From Planctomycetota bacterium (GTDB lineage Bacteria > Planctomycetota > UBA8108 > SXIK01), in assembly GCA_965223265.1 (NCBI GenBank), contig OZ244999.1, positions 2,208,001 to 2,272,000 on the forward strand: a stretch of DNA of 64,000 bases. The letters run 5' to 3'. Below the pieces are notes generated by a model, which saw only the letters and a program-made list of their open reading frames with translations, did not search any database and was not told the DNA's origin. This document shows, in pieces, positions 58,614 through 64,000 of the stretch. Position 1 is the stretch's first letter. The number at the start of each line of letters is the position of its first letter. Made by a program: the position numbers and the translations under genes.

Positions 58614-60416
58614 ATGGCCGAAGATCGATTAGAGCGACCTGCGTTGTCGGCAGGGTTTCCCAAGAGATCCCACAACTGCGGTGCACTGCGGATCGAGGAC
58701 GCGGACACAAGCGTCGTTCTCAACGGCTGGGTCGAATCGATCCGTGACCATGGCGGTCTGCGGTTCGTCGATTTGCGAGATCGATATGGCATCACCCAAG
58801 TCGTGCTTGATCCGTCGCACAGCTACAGCGCCGATCAGAAGTCGCTGAGGAGTCAGTTTGTCATTGCGGTGAGCGGGCGAGTTCGCGGGCGCCCCGAGGG
58901 TATGCGGAATCCGAACCTCGCGACGGGGGACGTAGAGGTGTGCGCCGACGACCTCCATATCCTGAATCAGTCGGAAGTTCCGCCTTTTGAGATTGGTGCG
59001 AGCGACGCGGAACCAGGCGAGGAGATTCGTCTCCGCTACCGCTACCTCGATTTGCGCCGTGAACCCGTGCGCCAGCGACTCATCTTAAGGTCCAGAGTGA
59101 CGCAGCTGCTTCGCGGTTTTCTCGCCGACGAGGGATTCCTCGACCTCGAGACGCCGCTGCTGACAAAGAGCACTCCAGAAGGCGCGCGCGACTTTCTCGT
59201 GCCGTCGCGCAACCATCGTGGGAAATTCTTTGCCTTGCCTCAATCGCCGCAGCTGTTCAAGCAGCTGTTCATGATCAGTGGGTTCGATCGTTACTATCAG
59301 ATCGTCAAGTGTCTACGGGATGAAGATTTTCGCGCCGACCGTCAGCCGGAATTTACGCAGCTCGACCTTGAGCTCGCATTCATCGATGAGGAAGACGTCT
59401 ACGATTTGATCGATCGGTTGCTGGCGCACCTCTTCGGACAAGTGCTTGGGGTCGACGTCGCGACGCCGATCGACCGCATGCGGTACGCCGATGCGATGGA
59501 GCGCTACGGGACGGACCGTCCCGACCTTCGGTTTGGACTCGAAATCGAGGACGTCTCGGCGTCCGCGGCGGAGACAGAGTTTCAAGTATTTCGTGCCACA
59601 GTCGCCAGCGGTGGGCGTGTCCGCGCGCTCAAGGTGCCGGGCGGTGGTGGGCTCTCCCGCAAGCAAATTACGGCGTGCGAGGCGATTGTCAAAGAGTTCG
59701 GAGCGAAGGGGCTGGCCTGGGCGAAGATGGACTCGGATGGATTCAAAGGGCCGGTCGCAAAGTTCCTTGCAGGCACCGCGCTTGCGGCCCGTCTTGCGGC
59801 CGAGCCAGGGGACATCGTCTTTTTCTGCGCGGACCAAGACGGCATCACGAACCCCGCGCTCGGAGAACTACGACTACACGTCGCGAGAGAGCTCGAGCTG
59901 ATCGACCAAAATCGTTTCGAGTTTGTATGGGTGACAGACTTTCCTCTGGTCGATTGGGATGCGGACGATGAGAGATGGGTCGCACTTCATCACCCGTTCA
60001 CGAGTCCACGTCCAAGCGACGTCCCGCTCTTGGATTCTGACCCTGGAAAGGTACTTTCCAGAGCCTACGATATCGTACTGAACGGTCTGGAATTGGGCGG
60101 TGGTAGCATTCGTATTCACGAGCCTGAAACGCAGCGAAAGCTGTTTTCGTTGATCGCCCTTGGCGAAGAAGAGGCGCGGCAGAAGTTCGGGTTCTTGCTC
60201 GATGCGCTGGCGCACGGAGCGCCGCCTCACGGTGGGATCGCGTTGGGACTCGACCGTCTGATCATGTTGATGACTGGCGCGCCGTCGATCCGAGACGTCA
60301 TCGCCTTTCCGAAGACGGCGCGTGGCAACTGCCTGATGACGGACGCCCCGGGTGGCGTTTCTGGCGACCAGCTGTCCGAACTCGGGCTCAAAATCGTCGC
60401 TGATGCCACCGATTAG
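58614..60416 (+). CDS. aspS: Aspartate--tRNA ligase
   Basis: RSHNCG, DLRDRYG, TPEGARDF, LPQSPQLFKQL, RDEDFRADRQPEFTQ, GAPPHGGIALGLDR. Confidence 0.97.
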   Translation: MAEDRLERPALSAGFPKRSHNCGALRIEDADTSVVLNGWVESIRDHGGLRFVDLRDRYGITQVVLDPSHSYSADQKSLRSQFVIAVSGRVRGRPEGMRNPNLATGDVEVCADDLHILNQSEVPPFEIGASDAEPGEEIRLRYRYLDLRREPVRQRLILRSRVTQLLRGFLADEGFLDLETPLLTKSTPEGARDFLVPSRNHRGKFFALPQSPQLFKQLFMISGFDRYYQIVKCLRDEDFRADRQPEFTQLDLELAFIDEEDVYDLIDRLLAHLFGQVLGVDVATPIDRMRYADAMERYGTDRPDLRFGLEIEDVSASAAETEFQVFRATVASGGRVRALKVPGGGGLSRKQITACEAIVKEFGAKGLAWAKMDSDGFKGPVAKFLAGTALAARLAAEPGDIVFFCADQDGITNPALGELRLHVARELELIDQNRFEFVWVTDFPLVDWDADDERWVALHHPFTSPRPSDVPLLDSDPGKVLSRAYDIVLNGLELGGGSIRIHEPETQRKLFSLIALGEEEARQKFGFLLDALAHGAPPHGGIALGLDRLIMLMTGAPSIRDVIAFPKTARGNCLMTDAPGGVSGDQLSELGLKIVADATD

Positions 60417-60456
60417 GGCCGGCATTCGGTCGCGATTGGGTTTATGGGAATTTCTG

Positions 60457-60486
60457 TTGACGCTTCCTTCGACGCTCCGTTAGCCT
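60457..60486 (+). promoter_or_regulatory. Putative sigma70 promoter of the infC operon
   Basis: TTGACG-N18-TAGCCT in the aspS-infC spacer. Confidence 0.4.
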
Positions 60487-60719
60487 CTATACGTCTTAGG
60501 TGTTTCGTCACCAGGCTGAAGGTCCGCCGGTGTTTGGTTTCTTCAAGCTGAGCCGACGTGCGGCGACCTTGCGAAAGTCTGGTGACAGAACCTGGTGCCG
60601 AGAGACGGTGCCGCGAGACAGAGTTTCGTGCTAGTTGGTCTCGTACTAGTTGGTTGTGTGCAAGGTTGCGAAGCTGCAACTTCACACGAGTGATTCACAG
60701 TAGTGCAGGAGGAACTGCC

Positions 60720-61256
60720 ATTCGACCACCGCCTCCGAACAAGAACCCCGTTGCGAAACGAGGTCCACGCATCATCTACCGGCAGCGCCCTGGTGATGTA
60801 CGGCTCATTTCTGAAACGGGAGAGCAGTTGGGCATTGTGTCGGTCAATGATGCGTTGGCACTCGCCGAAGAGCGTGGGCTTGATCTGGTAGAAATGGCTG
60901 CCATGGCAGATCCTCCTACCTGCAAGCTCATGGACTATGGCAAGTACAAGTTCGACCAAAAGAAAAAGGGTCGGGGTCAGCGCAAAACGGTTCAGCGGCG
61001 CAAGGAAATCAAGCTCCGTCCCAAGTGTGAGGAGCACGATTTCTCCGTCAAACTGAATCGCGCCCGCAACTTCTTGGAGAAGGGACACAAGGTCCAGGTG
61101 ACCATGATGTTCCGAGGCCGAGAGTCCGTTCATGTCGGGATTGGAACCGAGCTGATGCGGCGTTTCGCCGGCGAGCTCGAAGAGATCTCGAAGGTGGAGC
61201 AGGCGCCGTCGCGGGAAGGTCGTAACCGAATGGTTATGATTCTTGTGCGTAAGTGA
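60720..61256 (+). CDS. infC: Translation initiation factor IF-3, ATT start
   Basis: VRLISETGEQLG, LDLVE, CKLMDYGKYKF, KEIKLRP, MFRGRE; GGAGG 7 nt before an in-frame ATT at 60720. Confidence 0.93.
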   Translation: MRPPPPNKNPVAKRGPRIIYRQRPGDVRLISETGEQLGIVSVNDALALAEERGLDLVEMAAMADPPTCKLMDYGKYKFDQKKKGRGQRKTVQRRKEIKLRPKCEEHDFSVKLNRARNFLEKGHKVQVTMMFRGRESVHVGIGTELMRRFAGELEEISKVEQAPSREGRNRMVMILVRK

Positions 61257-61516
61257 TCTCAGCCAGCAGATCGGCAACCTGGCTTCGTGCGGACGACGAG
61301 GGCTTCGGGGGTCGACCGGGTCCTATGCGTGCTGCCCTGCGCACGGGAGTTTCGTCAGAAAAACGCTTTCGTGGGCCGGGCTTGGTGGTAGAATCCTGGC
61401 TTTTCGCCGTCCGCCAGCGACCCGCCTCGAGGCGGCGTTGGTGACGGTGGGGCTCGCGCCGAAGGACGAGCCCAGTGAAGAACTACCCTGGAAGAACTAC
61501 CCTGAGAGCTGAGTCC

Positions 61517-61714
61517 ATGCCGAAGTTGAAGACGAACAAGGCGGCCAAGAAGCGTTTTCGCGTTTCGAAGACCGGGAAGGTCAAGCGAAGTCGGCCAGGG
61601 CGACGGCACTTGTTGTCGTCAAAGACGCCCAAGCGCAAGCGAAAGTTACGGTCGCGAGAGGTCTGTCCTCCGGCAGATGGGCGCAAGGTGAGAACTCTCC
61701 TGCGCGTCGAATGA
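61517..61714 (+). CDS. rpmI: 50S ribosomal protein L35
   Basis: MPKLKTNKAAKKRFRVSKTGKVKR...RHLL..KTPKRKRKLR. Confidence 0.95.
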   Translation: MPKLKTNKAAKKRFRVSKTGKVKRSRPGRRHLLSSKTPKRKRKLRSREVCPPADGRKVRTLLRVE

Positions 61715-61828
61715 GCCGCAAGCCGTCTCCTTTGGGTGTCGAATGACCGTTGTCATTCGCACGGCTTATCTAGGGAGCGGGTTTTCGGTTACCGCAGAAA
61801 CCACTGAGATCGATCACGGAGAAGAACG

Positions 61829-62191
61829 ATGCCTCGTGCACGCAACGGAGTGGCCAAGCTCCGTAAAAAGCGTCGCCTGATGCGGCGCGTGAAGGGGTTT
61901 TGGGGTGGGAGAAGCAAGCTCCTGCGTACAGCGAAGGAGACGCTGGTACGTGCGGAGGCTTTTGCCACCAAGCATCGCCGAAAGAAGAAAGGTGATTGGC
62001 GACGATTGTGGATCGTGCGCGTCAATGCTGCCTGCCGTGCTCGCGGTATCACCTACAGCCAATTCATTCACGGGCTGTCGCGTGCGAACGTGCAGCTCAA
62101 TCGCAAGATGCTGGCTGAGATCGCCATCAACGACGAAGCGGCGTTCGACCAGTTGGTCGCGACGGCGAAGAAATCCGTCGGGGCGAGCTGA
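61829..62191 (+). CDS. rplT: 50S ribosomal protein L20
   Basis: KGFWGGRS, RRLWIVRVNAA, YSQFIHGL, LNRKMLAEIA. Confidence 0.97.
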   Translation: MPRARNGVAKLRKKRRLMRRVKGFWGGRSKLLRTAKETLVRAEAFATKHRRKKKGDWRRLWIVRVNAACRARGITYSQFIHGLSRANVQLNRKMLAEIAINDEAAFDQLVATAKKSVGAS

Positions 62192-62438
62192 CCGCCGGTT
62201 GAAAGAGCCGTGTGACCAAGCGACTGGTTCTCGCGCCCAGCAACCGCCTCCACACTCGGGTCACGACTTTGAGAAGCTCAGAGATTACCTGCGCTTGTAG
62301 CAGCCGAACCGGGCGGCACGAGGTCAGTTTTCAGCTCGGGAAATTCGTTCAGCAGGCTGTTCATCGTCGCAGCTTCGCTCTGTGTCGATCACGCGGTTGC
62401 GTCCATGCGATGGGACGATCACGAGTCAGATCTATCCC

Positions 62439-63482
62439 GTGAAGGAAGAACTCGACACCCTTTGGACTGAGTTCGAGGAGGCGCTCGACAGCGCCGAAAA
62501 CGAGCACGACCTCCAGCAGCTCAAAACGCGGCTGCTCGGCAAGAACGGTCTGCTGACGGCAAAGTTGCGCCAGCTCGGGCAGTTGCCCACCGGGGAGCGC
62601 AAGAGCGCCGGACAACTCGTCAACGAGCGTAAAGCTGCGGTCGCTCGTCGCTTGGACGAACGGCGCGAGCAGCTCGCTCAAGCGGCTCTCAGTCACCAGC
62701 TCGCGTCCGACTGGCTCGACGTGACGTTTGACGCTCGTGAGGTTTCGGACCCCGGACGACGTGGACCTGGCAACCTTCATCCGACCACTCAGATCCAATA
62801 CGAAATCGAGGACGTCTTCACCTCGATGGGCTTTGAGGTGCTTGATGGCCCGCAAGTCGAGACCGATTTTTATAACTTCGAGGCGCTCAACATTCCTGCG
62901 GATCACCCGGCGCGTGATATGCAGGACACCTTTTATCTAGAGGACGGCAATCTCCTCCGCACCCATACCTCGAGCATTCAGGTACGGGGCATGAGGCGTC
63001 TGCGCCCGCCCTTTAAGATCATCGGCCCTGGCAAGGTGTTTCGCTGCGAGCGCCTGGACGCGAGCCACGAAGCGACATTTCATCAGCTTGAGGGCATGAT
63101 GGTCGATCGCGACATCAAGGTGGCTCATTTGATCTATTTCATGAAGACCTTGCTGTCGCGGATCTTCGGGCGCGATGAAGACGTTCGATTGCGTCCAGGC
63201 TATTTCCCCTTTGTCGAACCAGGATTCGAGCTCGACATTCGCTGCCTGATTTGTTCTGGCAGCGGCTGCTCTGTGTGCAAGCAGAGCGGGTGGGTCGAGC
63301 TCGTACCTTGCGGCATGGTGCATCCGAACGTCCTGCGGGCTGGCGAGATTGATCCGCTCGAGTATTCAGGGTTCGCATTCGGGCTTGGCCTTGATCGCCT
63401 CGTCATGATGCGCTACGGCATCGAAGATATACGCCATCTGCACAGCGCCGATCTTCGATTCATTCGCCAATTCGGACACTGA
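62439..63482 (+). CDS. pheS: Phenylalanine--tRNA ligase alpha subunit
   Basis: GNLHP, NFEALNIP.DHPARDMQDTFY, LLRTHTS, YFPFVEP, GFAFGLGLDR; probable GTG start at 62439. Confidence 0.96.
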   Translation: MKEELDTLWTEFEEALDSAENEHDLQQLKTRLLGKNGLLTAKLRQLGQLPTGERKSAGQLVNERKAAVARRLDERREQLAQAALSHQLASDWLDVTFDAREVSDPGRRGPGNLHPTTQIQYEIEDVFTSMGFEVLDGPQVETDFYNFEALNIPADHPARDMQDTFYLEDGNLLRTHTSSIQVRGMRRLRPPFKIIGPGKVFRCERLDASHEATFHQLEGMMVDRDIKVAHLIYFMKTLLSRIFGRDEDVRLRPGYFPFVEPGFELDIRCLICSGSGCSVCKQSGWVELVPCGMVHPNVLRAGEIDPLEYSGFAFGLGLDRLVMMRYGIEDIRHLHSADLRFIRQFGH

Positions 63483-63491
63483 CGCAGAATC

Positions 63492-64000
63492 ATGTTGATT
63501 TCGTTGAACTGGGTGCGGGAGTTTTGTCCGTTCGAGACTGGCGAGTCGGCCAACGAGATCGGAGTCCGATTCTCTCTGCACACAGCTGAGGTTGAATCCG
63601 TCGTCGAGATCGGCGAGGCCCTACGTGGAGTTCGCGTCTGCGAGGTCCAAACCGTCGAGCCGCACCCGGATGCAGATCGACTCGCCGTGGTCAAGGTCAG
63701 CGTCGGTGAGGACACCGCACACGTGGTCTGCGGGGCTCCGAATGTGCGGCCTGGCCTGTTGGTCCCTTACGCGCCACCCGGCGCGACGGTCTCTGGGAGG
63801 CAGATCGCGCGAGCGAAAGTGCGCGGCATCAGTTCTGAAGGGATGCTCTGCTCGCAGAAAGAGCTTGGCGTCTCAGCGGATGGCGCCGGACTTTGGGAGT
63901 TGCCCGCCGGGATCACTCCCGGCACGGCGCTCGTCGAAGAATTAGCCCAGCTGGATGACGTGATTCTAGAGGTCGACAACAAGTCCCTCACACACCGCCC
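63492..64000 (+). CDS. pheT: Phenylalanine--tRNA ligase beta subunit (3'-partial)
   Basis: MLISLNWVREF, HPDADRL, VVCGAPNV, RGISSEGMLCS, LEVDNKSLTHR. Confidence 0.95.
   Translation, partial: MLISLNWVREFCPFETGESANEIGVRFSLHTAEVESVVEIGEALRGVRVCEVQTVEPHPDADRLAVVKVSVGEDTAHVVCGAPNVRPGLLVPYAPPGATVSGRQIARAKVRGISSEGMLCSQKELGVSADGAGLWELPAGITPGTALVEELAQLDDVILEVDNKSLTHR

Overview
GC-rich bacterial chromosome segment, most likely Planctomycetota/PVC (inferred from gene style). In order: a partial rhamnosyltransferase-like GT2; an MBL hydrolase; a membrane multiheme-c/TPR protein paired with an ASPIC/UnbV protein; a lipoprotein gene split by an ISKra4/ISLre2-like IS (8-bp TSD); tRNA-Leu(CAA); an nfeD-nfeD-floA-yqfB-like operon. 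Divergent from that operon is a type II secretion-like cluster (gspE,F,G,H,I,J,K, PilM/GspL, GspM/C) ending in a 4527-aa secretin with N0 plus about 49 tandem Secretin_N domains, partly in 8-domain super-repeats. Next come nested mobile DNA (two MITE families plus an integrase/IS91-type element), a candidate pilotin, tRNA-Ala(GGC), and a 1001-aa LeuRS paralog lacking HIGH, KMSKS and the editing Asp but keeping its tRNA-binding domains. The window ends with a serine protease, a LolA-like protein, a candidate sRNA with anti-SD loops, rlmN, dprA, a kinase-STAND-TPR protein and aspS-infC(ATT start)-rpmI-rplT-pheS-pheT'. Best candidates for new biology are the giant-secretin T2SS and the pseudo-LeuRS. 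All calls come from manual reading; no database searches were run.
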